Shown here one piece after another: positions 38,974-49,538 of a DNA stretch of 64,000 bases (position 1 is its first letter; every line of letters starts with the position of its first letter). Under the pieces are notes generated by a model that was given only the letters and a program-made list of their open reading frames with translations, was not told where the DNA came from and did no database searches. Origin of the DNA: Candidatus Cloacimonadales bacterium (GTDB taxonomy: Bacteria; Cloacimonadota; Cloacimonadia; Cloacimonadales; JAFGVF01); contig OY759729.1 of assembly GCA_963662585.1 (NCBI GenBank), positions 2,816,001-2,880,000 of the forward strand, read 5' to 3'. A program made the translations under genes and the position numbers.

Positions 38974-39140
38974 TCGAGCTCCTCCGAATTAAATTATATA
39001 TCTTTTTGTTTTTATTTTTCTTTAAATACATCCCTGCTAGGAGAGAATCAATATTTGCTCATCTTAAGAGACCACTTTACTTTCCCAGTTAGGAATCACA
39101 GTGCAATGAAGCCTGTAAGATGCAGGACTTCCCAGTAATC

Positions 39141-40223
39141 TTATATTTGCTTTAAATTACCATCAACATCTTGAGGTTTATTAAAAAATTCCTCTTCTAA
39201 TTTTTCCATTTCTGCTAAAGCTGAGTTCAACATTTGAACCCTTTCACTGTAAGTAACAAAAGCTGATTTAAAGCCGTTAATGATAATATTTTTAACATCC
39301 TTGTAGGTAAGATTTAATCTATCAATAACGAACATGAATTCATCAGTAACAGTAGTGTCTGAAACTGTTCTGTTATCTGTATTAAGAGTAACTCTTAAAC
39401 CGTAATCTAGGTAGAATCCAAAAGGGTGAACATCTAAAGATGGTACAGCCTTAGTATGATAATTACTTTTAAAACAAATTTCTAAAGGAATTCTGTGGTC
39501 ATTAACATAGTTAAGAAGATCTCCGTCTTCGATTAAGCGAGTACCATGTCCGATACGGTGAGTACCACAATAGTGTAAAGCTTGATGAATACTATCTGGT
39601 CCATAAGCTTCTCCAGCATGAATAGTGATGTTCAAATTATTGCTTAAAGCTAATCTAAAGGCTTCTTCATGGTCTTTGGCTGGATAATTGTACTCAGCAC
39701 CAGCTAAATCAAATCCGATCACACCCTTATTTTTATAGGCAACTGCTAATTCTGCTAGTCTTAAAGATGTTGCAGGATTTATGTTTCTGATACCACATAT
39801 AATTACCGCTGTTTTAATATTGTATTTTAACTCAGCTCTTTTTAAACCCCTGATAACAGCATCGTTTACTTCAGTTAATTTCAAGCCTTCATTGGTATGT
39901 AGAATAGGAGAGTAGCGGACTTCTATGTAACGGACATTCTCTTTTGCAGAATCCTCGGCTAATTCATAAGCTGCTCTCTCTAAACCCTCTTCGTTCTGTA
40001 AAACTAAGTTGGTAATGTGAAAGCCTTGAAGATATTCATCTAAACTCTTACATTCGTCTCCACAAGAGATCATGGTTAAAAGTTTCGCTTTATCCATTGT
40101 TGGTAATTTTATCTTATTTTTCTTAGCTAAATCTAATATTGTGTCTGGTCTGACTGATCCATCTAAATGAACATGAAGATCTGTCTTCGGTAGTTTTTCA
40201 ATAAATTCTCTATTTAACTTCAT
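39141..40223 (-). CDS. add: Adenosine deaminase
   Basis: LPKTDLHVHLDGS, HAGE, RIGHG and NTDN motifs. Confidence 0.93.
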   Translation of the reverse strand: MKLNREFIEKLPKTDLHVHLDGSVRPDTILDLAKKNKIKLPTMDKAKLLTMISCGDECKSLDEYLQGFHITNLVLQNEEGLERAAYELAEDSAKENVRYIEVRYSPILHTNEGLKLTEVNDAVIRGLKRAELKYNIKTAVIICGIRNINPATSLRLAELAVAYKNKGVIGFDLAGAEYNYPAKDHEEAFRLALSNNLNITIHAGEAYGPDSIHQALHYCGTHRIGHGTRLIEDGDLLNYVNDHRIPLEICFKSNYHTKAVPSLDVHPFGFYLDYGLRVTLNTDNRTVSDTTVTDEFMFVIDRLNLTYKDVKNIIINGFKSAFVTYSERVQMLNSALAEMEKLEEEFFNKPQDVDGNLKQI

Positions 40224-40511
40224 TTTTCCTCCTAAAGTTATTTAATATGTTATTATAATTTGATACTATTAATCTGTCAAAGAAAAAATATGAATTAAAT
40301 CTAAAATACAAAATTTATTTTAAGAAATTAAAGATAAATACAATCCTACTAGAAAGCTTCTAGGGAGGGTCCTTATATAAGATGGAGAATGATTATTTGT
40401 TCCTAGAAACTCCTGATGAAGGGAATCATTAAGCTAATTTGAGAGGGAAAAGAAAAAAAATAAAAAAAACACTTGACGGCTAAGCACTATAAAAGAAAAT
40501 AACATAAATAT

Positions 40512-40641
40512 AAAAGATGTGTAAGCATCTACCTAGCGATTCTGCCCTGTGGATATTGTGTAGGTCTAAGATTAAATAATACTTATGAAGTATAGATATT
40601 AATAATTGATAAGGGCGGATTTTCGGATCCGCCCTTTTTTT
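40512..40641 (+). promoter_or_regulatory. Putative L20-leader-type attenuator upstream of infC-rpmI-rplT
   Basis: agatg/catct hairpin next to an accta/taggt stem, then intrinsic terminator aagggcggat-tttcgg-atccgccctt-T tract (40611-40641); TTGACG at 40473. Confidence 0.6.
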
Positions 40642-40677
40642 GTTAAACCGAAAACCTAAATAAAATGGAGGTTTCTT

Positions 40678-41301
40678 ATAATAAGGATAAGAAAAGGAAG
40701 CGCCAAGACGAAAGAAGTTGTACCTAAAGAAGCTTATAATGAGCAAATTACAGCGAGAGAAGTAAGATTAATAGACGCTGAAGGTCAACAAGTTGGCGTT
40801 GTAAGTATTGTTAGAGCAAGAGAAATTGCTGAGCAAGCTAGTTTGGATTTAGTGGAGATTTCTCCATCAGCTAATCCACCAGTCTGCAAGATAATGGATT
40901 TTAGTAAATACTATTATCAAAAAGAGCGTAAAGCTCGTGAAGCTAGAAAGAATAGACAAGAAGTGCAGGTAAAAGAAGTAAAATTCGGACCAAACACTGA
41001 AGAGCATGATTATAAGTTCAAGAAAAAGAATGCTATTAAATTCTTGCTTCAACATGATAAAGTAAAATTCACTGTAAGATTTAAGGGTCGTCAAATGGCT
41101 CATAAAGAGATAGGAGAAGAACTCTTACTTAAATTAATGCAAGAGTTAAAACCGATTGTTGATGTTGATCAACCAATCCGTTCTGAGAGTAGAATCATGT
41201 CTATGACTCTTTCTCCTAAAAAAGATATTGAAAAACTTATCGATTTATTAGAAAAAACTGATGATGATGAACTCGAAGTAGAAGTTGAAGAAAATGAATA
41301 A
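40678..41301 (+). CDS. infC: Translation initiation factor IF-3 (ATA start)
   Basis: GGAGG at 40667-40671, in-frame ATA at 40678/40681; NEQITAREVRLID, DLVEISP...PPVCKIMD and VKEVKF motifs. Confidence 0.92.
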   Translation: MIRIRKGSAKTKEVVPKEAYNEQITAREVRLIDAEGQQVGVVSIVRAREIAEQASLDLVEISPSANPPVCKIMDFSKYYYQKERKAREARKNRQEVQVKEVKFGPNTEEHDYKFKKKNAIKFLLQHDKVKFTVRFKGRQMAHKEIGEELLLKLMQELKPIVDVDQPIRSESRIMSMTLSPKKDIEKLIDLLEKTDDDELEVEVEENE

Positions 41302-41318
41302 TATAAACTGGAGGAATA

Positions 41319-41519
41319 ATGCCTAAAATTAAAACCCACAGAGCTGCGGCTAAGAGATTTAAGGTTACCGGAAGTGGTAAAATTAAAAGACATCATGCAA
41401 AGTCTGCTCATATTAAAACCAAGAAAAGTTCTAAATTGAAAAGACATTTGAGAGATTCTGACATTGTCAGAGCATGTGATGAACCAAGAGTAAAGAAAAT
41501 GCTTTGCGGCATTATGTAA
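41319..41519 (+). CDS. rpmI: 50S ribosomal protein L35
   Basis: [21 protein letters not shown]. Confidence 0.97.
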   Translation: MPKIKTHRAAAKRFKVTGSGKIKRHHAKSAHIKTKKSSKLKRHLRDSDIVRACDEPRVKKMLCGIM

Positions 41520-41535
41520 ACAAAGGAGTTTAAAA

Positions 41536-41895
41536 ATGGCAAGATCGAAAAATTTAGTAGCTTCTAGATTAAGAAAGAAGACAAAGTTAAAATTGGCTAA
41601 AGGTTATAGAGGTGCAAGACATAGACTATATAGAATCGCTGCTCAAACTGTGGAAAAAGGTTGGGGTTACGCATATAGAGATAGAAAGCAAAAGAAAAGA
41701 AACTTCCGTAGATTATGGATTACCAGAATCAACGCTGCATGTCGCAACGAAGGTATCTCTTATAGCAAATTCATCAATGCTCTTCATAAAGCAGAGATTT
41801 CAGTTAATAGAAAAGTGTTAGCTAATTTAGCCTGGCACGACCAAGAAGCTTTCACACAATTGGTGGAAATAGCAAAAAAACACATGGAAGCTTAA
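41536..41895 (+). CDS. rplT: 50S ribosomal protein L20
   Basis: AKGYRG and [24 protein letters not shown]. Confidence 0.97.
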   Translation: MARSKNLVASRLRKKTKLKLAKGYRGARHRLYRIAAQTVEKGWGYAYRDRKQKKRNFRRLWITRINAACRNEGISYSKFINALHKAEISVNRKVLANLAWHDQEAFTQLVEIAKKHMEA

Positions 41896-42918
41896 ATGAA
41901 AGAAAAGCTCCAGCAGATAATAACTAAGGCTGAATCAGAATTAAACTTAATAACTTCAAAACCTGAATTGTTAAATGCAAAATCCAGAATAGTCGGGAAA
42001 AAGAGTGAATTAAACTCTTTGATGAAGAATATTAAGGAAGTTGCTCCTGATGAACGCCGAGAATTTGGACAATTAGTTAATGAAGCAAAGAATTATCTGC
42101 AAGATTTAATCGATAAAAGAACTCAGATTATCGATGAATTAATTTATAAAGAACAAGTTGCGTCTTCCCGCATTGATTTAACAATGCCGGGAAGAAGAAC
42201 TGTTCAAGGTGGACTGCACCCTCTCACCAGAATATGGAGAGAAGTGGAGGACACCTTTCTTAGTATGGGATTTGAAATTGCAGATGGTTTTGATGTAGAA
42301 GATGAGTTTCATAATTTTGATGCTTTAAATACTCCTAAAGACCATCCTTCCCGTAACTTAGCAGATACATTTTATGTAGAAGATAATATTCTTTTAAGAA
42401 CCCAAACTTCTACAGTTCAAATTAGAACAATGGAAAACCATCAGCCACCAATAAGAATTATTGCTCCTGGTCGTTGTTATAGAAACGATAAAATGGATGC
42501 ATCCCACTCTCCTGTTTTTCACCAGGTAGAAGCTTTGGTTGTTGATGAAAACATCTCTTTCGCTGACTTGAAAGATACCTTGAATATATTTGTTCAGACA
42601 ATGTTTGGCAAGAATATTAAATCAAGAATTAGACCACATTTCTTCCCTTTCACAGAGCCTAGTGCTGAGATAGATATCTCATGTGTTAGTTGCGGTGGAA
42701 GTGGTTGTAGAATTTGCAAAAACAGTGGATGGCTTGAGATGGGTGGAGCAGGAATGGTTGATCCAGCAGTTTTAAAAGCTGTAGGAATTGATTCTGAGAA
42801 ATACACAGGCTATGCTTTTGGTCTAGGTATTGATAGAATTACCATGCTCAAATACAATATACCGGATATGAGAATACTCTTTGAAAATGATTTAAGATTT
42901 TTAAAACAATATAGATAG
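41896..42918 (+). CDS. pheS: Phenylalanine-tRNA ligase alpha subunit
   Basis: NFDALN, LLRTQTS, FHQVE, FPFTEPS and GYAFGLG motifs. Confidence 0.97.
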   Translation: MKEKLQQIITKAESELNLITSKPELLNAKSRIVGKKSELNSLMKNIKEVAPDERREFGQLVNEAKNYLQDLIDKRTQIIDELIYKEQVASSRIDLTMPGRRTVQGGLHPLTRIWREVEDTFLSMGFEIADGFDVEDEFHNFDALNTPKDHPSRNLADTFYVEDNILLRTQTSTVQIRTMENHQPPIRIIAPGRCYRNDKMDASHSPVFHQVEALVVDENISFADLKDTLNIFVQTMFGKNIKSRIRPHFFPFTEPSAEIDISCVSCGGSGCRICKNSGWLEMGGAGMVDPAVLKAVGIDSEKYTGYAFGLGIDRITMLKYNIPDMRILFENDLRFLKQYR

Positions 42919-42935
42919 GGTTTATCGAGGAAATT

Positions 42936-45347
42936 ATGAAAATTAGTTATAAATGGTTACAAGATTATATAAATTTAGATGTAGACCCTAAAGTATTAGA
43001 AGATCACCTTACTTTCGCCGGCATTGAAGTTGAAGCAATTGAGTATATTGGTGAAGATTTAAAACAATTTAAAGTTGCAGAAGTGTTATCTGCTAATAAA
43101 TTAGAAGGTTCTGACCACCTTCAGGTCTGTCAGGTAAATGATGGAAGTGGGGAAGTCTTACAGGTTGTTTGTGGAGCTCCAAATTGCCGAGCAGGTTTGA
43201 AAATAGCTTTTGCTCCCGTCGGTTCAGTTATTGGTGGTGAATTCAAAATCAAGAAAGCCAAACTAAAAGGTGTTGCTTCCCATGGAATGATCTGTTCTGC
43301 TAAAGAGTTAGGTATTTCTGAAGATCATGATGGTATAATGGAATTAGATTCTAATGCTGTTATTGGTCAAGATTTAGCAACATATTTAGATTTTAATGAT
43401 GTTGTGTATGATGTCGAAATTACCCCTAACCGACCTGATTTATTAGGAATTCTGGGCGTAGCTAGAGATTTATCAGCACTTTATCATAAAGAACTCCACT
43501 TACCCCAAACCAAAGTAGGGGAGAGCTTTAATAACATTCAAGACTCTTTAGATCTAGAAGTTCAAAACAGTGAAAAGTGTTATCGCTATATCGCAACAGT
43601 CATCAAAAATGTTACTGTTAAAGAATCTCCAGAATGGCTAAAAAAGAGGTTATTGGCTGTTGGACTTAGACCTATCAATAATATAGTAGATATAACTAAT
43701 TTCATTCTTATGGAAACAGGACATCCTATCCATGCTTTTGATTATGACAAATTAGCTGGTCAAAAGATAATCGTAAGAAATGCTTTTGAAAAAGAGAATT
43801 TCCCCGCATTAAATGGAGAAAAATATCTCTTATCTGAAGATGATCTAGTTATTGCAGATGCTGAAAAAGCTGTTGGTTTAGCTGGTGTGATGGGAGGAGC
43901 AAATTCAGAAATAACTTCTGCTACAAAGAATATAGTTATTGAATCTGCTTGTTTCAACTACGCAACTGTTAGAAGAACTTCTCAAAGACATAAGCTTTTC
44001 TCAGACTCTTCCTACAGATTTGAAAGAGGTCTTTCACCTGAGACACCTCAATTTACTAAAGATAGAGCAACTAATTTGATATTAGAATTGGCTGGAGGAG
44101 AACTTCAAGCAGGTAATCTTGATGAATATCCAAACCCAGATTCTGCTAATATTGTGGTAGAACTTAGACCTGCAAGAGTTGAATTGCTCTTAGGTGCTAC
44201 AATTCCTTTAACAGAGATTAAATCTTATCTAAAATCATTAGGACTAGAATTACTAGCTGAAACTTCTGAGAAATTGAAGTATAAAATTCCTCATTTCAGA
44301 AGTGACTTACTTAGAGAGATTGACTTAATCGAAGAAATTGTAAGACTTCACGGCTATAACAATATTCCAGTAAGAACTGTTCCTCAAGGAATAATGAACC
44401 ATAAAATCTTTAGATTAGAAAGAAAAATCAAGGATTTAATGGTCAGAGCAGGTCTGTATGAAGTTATTAATCTTACCCTGTTTGATCCTGAAAATTTAGA
44501 CAAATTAAGAATTCCTGAAGATGATTACAGAAGACACTTAGTTGAGTTAAAAAATCCTCAAAGCAATCTGCTTAGAGCCATGCGTACAACTATGATTTCC
44601 AATCTTTTGAATTGTGCTGAATACAATATTAATCGGGGAAATAAAGATGTCCGTATTTTTGAACTTAACAAAGTCATTCTGAATAATAATGATAAGACTA
44701 CTGAAGAAAGGAAGTTCCTTACCTGCTTATTAAGTGGAAATAGATTTGATAATTACTGGAAAGATAAATCGGCAAAAAGTGATTTCTATGATATAAAAGG
44801 TATTGTTGAAGATTTATTTGTAGAAACAAATCTACCAATTAACTATGAAACTTCTCAAGAAAAATTCTATACAGAAAATCACGCTTTGGATATTTTCTCC
44901 CAAAAGATAAAAATTGGATCTATAGGACAAATCGACCCTAAAGTTGCAAAAAGTTTTGATATCGATACTGTAGAATTAAAACAAGATGTCTATATTTTAG
45001 ATGTTGATTTAACCCAAATATACGAAATAATGAACTTCTCAGAAAGAAATTTCCAAGAAATTAATAAGTTCCCTAATGTTCACAGAGATTTATCATTTAA
45101 TGTCAATTCTGATGTTAAAGTATCTGACATTATTTCTTCTGTTGAGCTTGTAAATAAATCAGTTGTGAAAAATGTCTCACTCCTTGATGAATACAAAGGG
45201 AAGAATATCCCGCAAGGGAAAAGAAGTTTGACTATTAGTTTAACTCTAAATTCTGAAAATAAAACATTGACAGATAAATTTGTTGAGCAATTAATGAATA
45301 AAGTTAAACAAAACTTAGAAAAAAATTATAATATTGAAATGAGGTAA
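42936..45347 (+). CDS. pheT: Phenylalanine-tRNA ligase beta subunit
   Basis: VVCGAPN, TPNRPD, SYRFERG, DLIEEIVRLHGY and RDLSF motifs. Confidence 0.97.
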   Translation: MKISYKWLQDYINLDVDPKVLEDHLTFAGIEVEAIEYIGEDLKQFKVAEVLSANKLEGSDHLQVCQVNDGSGEVLQVVCGAPNCRAGLKIAFAPVGSVIGGEFKIKKAKLKGVASHGMICSAKELGISEDHDGIMELDSNAVIGQDLATYLDFNDVVYDVEITPNRPDLLGILGVARDLSALYHKELHLPQTKVGESFNNIQDSLDLEVQNSEKCYRYIATVIKNVTVKESPEWLKKRLLAVGLRPINNIVDITNFILMETGHPIHAFDYDKLAGQKIIVRNAFEKENFPALNGEKYLLSEDDLVIADAEKAVGLAGVMGGANSEITSATKNIVIESACFNYATVRRTSQRHKLFSDSSYRFERGLSPETPQFTKDRATNLILELAGGELQAGNLDEYPNPDSANIVVELRPARVELLLGATIPLTEIKSYLKSLGLELLAETSEKLKYKIPHFRSDLLREIDLIEEIVRLHGYNNIPVRTVPQGIMNHKIFRLERKIKDLMVRAGLYEVINLTLFDPENLDKLRIPEDDYRRHLVELKNPQSNLLRAMRTTMISNLLNCAEYNINRGNKDVRIFELNKVILNNNDKTTEERKFLTCLLSGNRFDNYWKDKSAKSDFYDIKGIVEDLFVETNLPINYETSQEKFYTENHALDIFSQKIKIGSIGQIDPKVAKSFDIDTVELKQDVYILDVDLTQIYEIMNFSERNFQEINKFPNVHRDLSFNVNSDVKVSDIISSVELVNKSVVKNVSLLDEYKGKNIPQGKRSLTISLTLNSENKTLTDKFVEQLMNKVKQNLEKNYNIEMR

Positions 45348-45352
45348 AAGAA

Positions 45353-45733
45353 ATGAATCAAGTAAACATGAATAATATAAATCAGAAGATTCAAAAGCTA
45401 ATTGAAAAATACCGTGCTTTAGAAGCTGATAATAATAATAATTTAGAAACTATTTCTAAATTGGAAGAAATTGTTGCTGACCAAAAAAATAATATTGCTA
45501 ATCTTAACGATAATTTAGAAAATAAAGAACTTCAAATTATGACCCATGAAGATACAATTAAAGATTTAAATCAATCTCTAGAAGATTTGCGAGTAGTGAG
45601 AACCAACCTTGAAACTAAAGTTAGTGAACTCCAAACTGCCCTTGATAACATTGGTAACACTGCTGATGAAATTGATTCTAAACTTTCTGATATGTTCCCT
45701 GATTTAAATCTTGCTGATTTAGATAACCTGTAG
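45353..45733 (+). CDS. Coiled-coil protein, ZapB-like
   Basis: Continuous heptad pattern; lies between pheT and the zapA-like gene. Confidence 0.55.
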   Translation: MNQVNMNNINQKIQKLIEKYRALEADNNNNLETISKLEEIVADQKNNIANLNDNLENKELQIMTHEDTIKDLNQSLEDLRVVRTNLETKVSELQTALDNIGNTADEIDSKLSDMFPDLNLADLDNL

Positions 45734-45749
45734 ATTGCTAGATAAAGCC

Positions 45750-46010
45750 ATGAAAGAAATCCAATTTGAATTATTAGGAAAACACTTCAGCGTAAAAACT
45801 GATGACCCTGAGAAATTGGATAGAACAATATCTGATTTAAAAAAATTCTTGAGAGAAATGTCTTTTGATTACAAAAGCTTAGATCTCGATAAGTTTCTAC
45901 TCTATTGTATGCTGAGAATGACAGATCAAATGATAACAATTCAAGATCAATTAGCTCAGTTTAATACTCAGATAGATACAATTGATATTGATTCCTTTTT
46001 AGACGAATAA
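45750..46010 (+). CDS. zapA: Cell division protein ZapA-like
   Basis: I.FELLGKHFSVK N-terminus; conserved position before 6S RNA and rny. Confidence 0.6.
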   Translation: MKEIQFELLGKHFSVKTDDPEKLDRTISDLKKFLREMSFDYKSLDLDKFLLYCMLRMTDQMITIQDQLAQFNTQIDTIDIDSFLDE

Positions 46011-46014
46011 TTTT

Positions 46015-46185
46015 TATTCTGCAATATTAGTGATCTTACATTGATTAAGAACTGCATAAACATAGGGAATCGCGCCGTTGGTGGCACTCAAGCCGTCTTT
46101 GTCACGGATCGGTAAAGCCGATAAGGTAGATACCCACCTTGAACATAGTTCTAGGTTTCAATATTAGACACGGTATTGCGGAATA
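46015..46185 (+). ncRNA. ssrS: 6S RNA
   Basis: Terminal pairing tattctgcaata/tattgcggaata, AGGGA and CCCACC motifs, ~170 nt, between zapA and rny. Confidence 0.75.
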
Positions 46186-46254
46186 TTTTTCTGATAAATT
46201 AGGAAGAGAAGAGATCCTCTGTTGAGGATAGAATATAGATAAAGAGAGGATTTA

Positions 46255-47817
46255 ATGGATAATATTATATATATTGCCATAGGAATTATTGTCGGAATGC
46301 TTATTATGGGGGCTATCTATTTAGTTCTCAGGAAAAAAGCTTTTAGTCTAATCAGTAACCAAAAGGTTATTGCTGAACAAATCATTGAAGAAGCACATGA
46401 GAAAGGAAAATCCTTAAAGAAAGAGAAAATCTTAGAAGGCAAAGAAGAATGGTTCCAACAGAAGAAAGTGTTGGAAGATGAAATTAAAGAACGCCAGAAA
46501 GAACTTCGTAAATTAGAAAAAGCATCGACAGACCGACTTGCATCCTTAGATAGAAGATTAGAATCTTTAGAGAAAAAAGAAACCACTTTAACACAATTAG
46601 AAAAAAAGAATCGCAAGTTTGAAGATACTTTAAATAAAAGAGCCGAAGAAATAGAAAATCTAATTGACGACCAACAAAAGAAATTAGAAGAGATTGCTGG
46701 TATGACCCACGAAGAGGCTCTTAATAAACTTAAAGCCGAATTAGTTTCTACTGCCAAAAAACATACTGCTGGTGAAATTAGACAAATGATTGAGCAATTA
46801 AAAACTGATGCTACAAGTAAATCAGCTGAAATATTAGCAACTGCTATTCAAAGAATGGCTGTTGATTATGTCTCTGAATCTACTGTTTCAGTAGTCTCCC
46901 TACCTTCAGATGAAATGAAAGGTAGAATCATCGGTCGTGAAGGAAGAAATATTCGTTCATTTGAAAAAGCATCTGGTGTTGATTTAATAATTGACGATAC
47001 TCCAGAAGCAGTAGTTCTATCTTGTTTTGATCCAATTAGAAGAGAAATCGCTAGATTATCCTTAGAAAAATTAATTTCTGATGGTAGAATCCATCCAGGA
47101 AGAATTGAAGAAGTTATCGAAAAAACAGGTAAAGAGATGGATGAACATCTTATTAAAGTTGGTGAAAAAGCCTTCTTAGAAGCTAATGTTCATAATATCT
47201 CCCCTAATATTATTAAAATTCTTGGTAGATTAAAATATCGTACTAGTTATGGCCAAAATGTTCTCCAGCACTCAATTGAAACTGCTTGGATTAGTGGTAT
47301 TATGGCTGCAGAATTAGGACTCAATCAAGAAATGGCTCGTAGAGCAGGTCTTCTTCATGATATAGGAAAAGCTATTGATCATGAATTTGATGGTTCTCAT
47401 GCGGTAATAGGTGCTAACATTGCTAGAAAGAATGGTGAATGTAAGACTGTTATCAATGCTATAGAAGCTCATCATGAAGATGTAGCTCCTGATACTGTTT
47501 ATGCAGCTTTAGTTCAAGCATCTGATGCTATTTCCGGAGCAAGACCTGGTGCTAGAAGAGAGATGTTAGAATCTTATATGCAAAGACTTTCTAAACTAGA
47601 AGAAATTGCTGGCTCTATAGAAGGTGTTAATAAATCTTATGCTATACAAGCTGGTAGAGAATTAAGAATCATTGTTGAACCAACTAATGTCAATGATGAA
47701 AGTGCTGCATTTATTGCACAAGATATAGCTGGGAAAATTGAAAAAGAAGTTCAATATCCTGGTACAATTAAGGTAACAGTAATTAGAGAGACCAGACAAA
47801 TAGCTGTTGCTAAATAA
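46255..47817 (+). CDS. rny: Ribonuclease Y
   Basis: N-terminal transmembrane helix, coiled coil, KH (KGRIIGREGRNIR) and HD (LLHDIGKA) domains. Confidence 0.97.
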   Translation: MDNIIYIAIGIIVGMLIMGAIYLVLRKKAFSLISNQKVIAEQIIEEAHEKGKSLKKEKILEGKEEWFQQKKVLEDEIKERQKELRKLEKASTDRLASLDRRLESLEKKETTLTQLEKKNRKFEDTLNKRAEEIENLIDDQQKKLEEIAGMTHEEALNKLKAELVSTAKKHTAGEIRQMIEQLKTDATSKSAEILATAIQRMAVDYVSESTVSVVSLPSDEMKGRIIGREGRNIRSFEKASGVDLIIDDTPEAVVLSCFDPIRREIARLSLEKLISDGRIHPGRIEEVIEKTGKEMDEHLIKVGEKAFLEANVHNISPNIIKILGRLKYRTSYGQNVLQHSIETAWISGIMAAELGLNQEMARRAGLLHDIGKAIDHEFDGSHAVIGANIARKNGECKTVINAIEAHHEDVAPDTVYAALVQASDAISGARPGARREMLESYMQRLSKLEEIAGSIEGVNKSYAIQAGRELRIIVEPTNVNDESAAFIAQDIAGKIEKEVQYPGTIKVTVIRETRQIAVAK

Positions 47818-47820
47818 ATT

Positions 47821-48612
47821 ATGAAAATACTATTTTTAGGCGATATCTATGGAAAACCTGGAAGAGAGTTATTAAAGAGAAATCTTAAATATCTTAAGAA
47901 AGAGTTTTCTATAGATATCTGTATTGCTAATTTTGAAAATCTTGCTGATGGGAGAGGAATTAGTGAAAAATGTGCTAAAACTACTTTCTCCTATGGTGTT
48001 GATTATGCAACAAGTGGTAATCATTTATGGGATAAGGCTGATTCCTTAACTTATCTCAAGCAAGAACACAGAATTTGCAAACCTATTAATTACCCAAAAC
48101 CTGAAATCGGTATGGATTTCATTAAAGTTAAATTCAATGAGAAGAACCTATTAATCGTTAACCTTGCAGGGCAAAGTTTTATGCCTGCGGCTGACTCTCC
48201 TTTTGAGGCTATTGATAAATTATTGGTTGATTTTCCTCTTGAAGATAATATTATTTTTATCGATTTTCATGCAGAAGCTACCGCTGAGAAAAAGGCCATG
48301 GGCTGGTTCTTGAATGGTAGAGTTTCAGCATTAGTAGGTACTCATACCCATATCCAAACTGCTGATGAACAGATTTTAACCCATGGAACTGCTTATATCA
48401 CTGATGCAGGGATGACTGGTGGGCACGAATCAGTAATTGGAGTTCAAAGAAATATTATTCTAGATGCTATCAAAGATGGCGTTCATAGACCTTACAAGGT
48501 CTCCCAAAAAGGATTAGAAATTAATGGTGTTGTTATTGATATTGATGATGATACTAATCTTGCTACTAAGATAATAAGAATTAGGAGATGCTTTGATGGA
48601 GAAAATTCTTAA
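47821..48612 (+). CDS. ymdB: YmdB-family metallophosphoesterase
   Basis: GDIYG.PG, N.EN, TSGNH, DFHAEAT.EK, GTHTH and TDAGMTG motifs. Confidence 0.92.
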   Translation: MKILFLGDIYGKPGRELLKRNLKYLKKEFSIDICIANFENLADGRGISEKCAKTTFSYGVDYATSGNHLWDKADSLTYLKQEHRICKPINYPKPEIGMDFIKVKFNEKNLLIVNLAGQSFMPAADSPFEAIDKLLVDFPLEDNIIFIDFHAEATAEKKAMGWFLNGRVSALVGTHTHIQTADEQILTHGTAYITDAGMTGGHESVIGVQRNIILDAIKDGVHRPYKVSQKGLEINGVVIDIDDDTNLATKIIRIRRCFDGENS

Positions 48613-49462
48613 AGCAAAACCTTTGATTAAAGATAAATATAAAGAACTTAAAGAGGATATCGAGAAGTTAGCAGAACCTTTAATTATGAAGGTGATTAGA
48701 CTTGGAGAAGATCCTGCTTCAGCATTTTATGTTCAGAATATTTTAAATCAAGGTAAAAAAATGGGTGTTCAAGTAGATTTAATAACCTTAGAAGAGTCTA
48801 CTTCTCAACAAGAATTGATTAGTTTGATAGAGAGATTTAATGCTGATACATCAGTTGCAGGGATAATGTTACAGAAGCCTCTTCCTAAGCAGATAGATGA
48901 ATCAGAAATTAATTCTTTAATAGAAGCAACTAAGGATGTAGATGGCTTCCATCCCGAGAACTTAGGTAAACTTCTCTTAGAACAAGAGGGTTTGTTTCCT
49001 TGCACAGCTACAGCATGTTTAACAATGATGGATTATTATGATATTGAAACATCAGGTAAGAATATTGTTGTTTTAGGCAGAAGTGCTATTGTGGGAAAAC
49101 CTCTTGCTAATATGTTACTTAGGAAAGACAAAACAGGTAATGCTACTGTAACTGTATGTCATAGCAGAACTAATAATCTTAAAGAAATTACTCAAAGAGC
49201 TGATATTTTAATAGCTGCTATAGGTAGAGCAAATTTTGTTACCCAGGAGTTTCTCAGAAAAGATTGTATTGTTATTGATGTTGGTATCAATGAAATTATT
49301 GATGAAGTCGGAAAGGCCTCTTATGTTGGAGATGTCGACTATAATGATGTTTTTGACAAAGTTGCAGCAATAACACCTGTTCCTGGTGGTATAGGTTCAG
49401 TAACTACCTATGAGCTCTTTAAAAATCTGTTAAAATCAAAAAAAATAGTTAAAATTAAATAA
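48596..49462 (+). CDS. folD: Bifunctional methylenetetrahydrofolate dehydrogenase/cyclohydrolase
   Basis: KDVDGFHP, PCT, GRSAIVGKP, DVGIN and TPVPGGIG motifs. Confidence 0.95.
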   Translation: MEKILKAKPLIKDKYKELKEDIEKLAEPLIMKVIRLGEDPASAFYVQNILNQGKKMGVQVDLITLEESTSQQELISLIERFNADTSVAGIMLQKPLPKQIDESEINSLIEATKDVDGFHPENLGKLLLEQEGLFPCTATACLTMMDYYDIETSGKNIVVLGRSAIVGKPLANMLLRKDKTGNATVTVCHSRTNNLKEITQRADILIAAIGRANFVTQEFLRKDCIVIDVGINEIIDEVGKASYVGDVDYNDVFDKVAAITPVPGGIGSVTTYELFKNLLKSKKIVKIK

Positions 49463-49538
49463 ATATATTGACTAAATAAAACAAACTTGAAAAATTAACT
49501 TTAAAATGATAATAATTAATGACCTTGGGAGGATGTTA

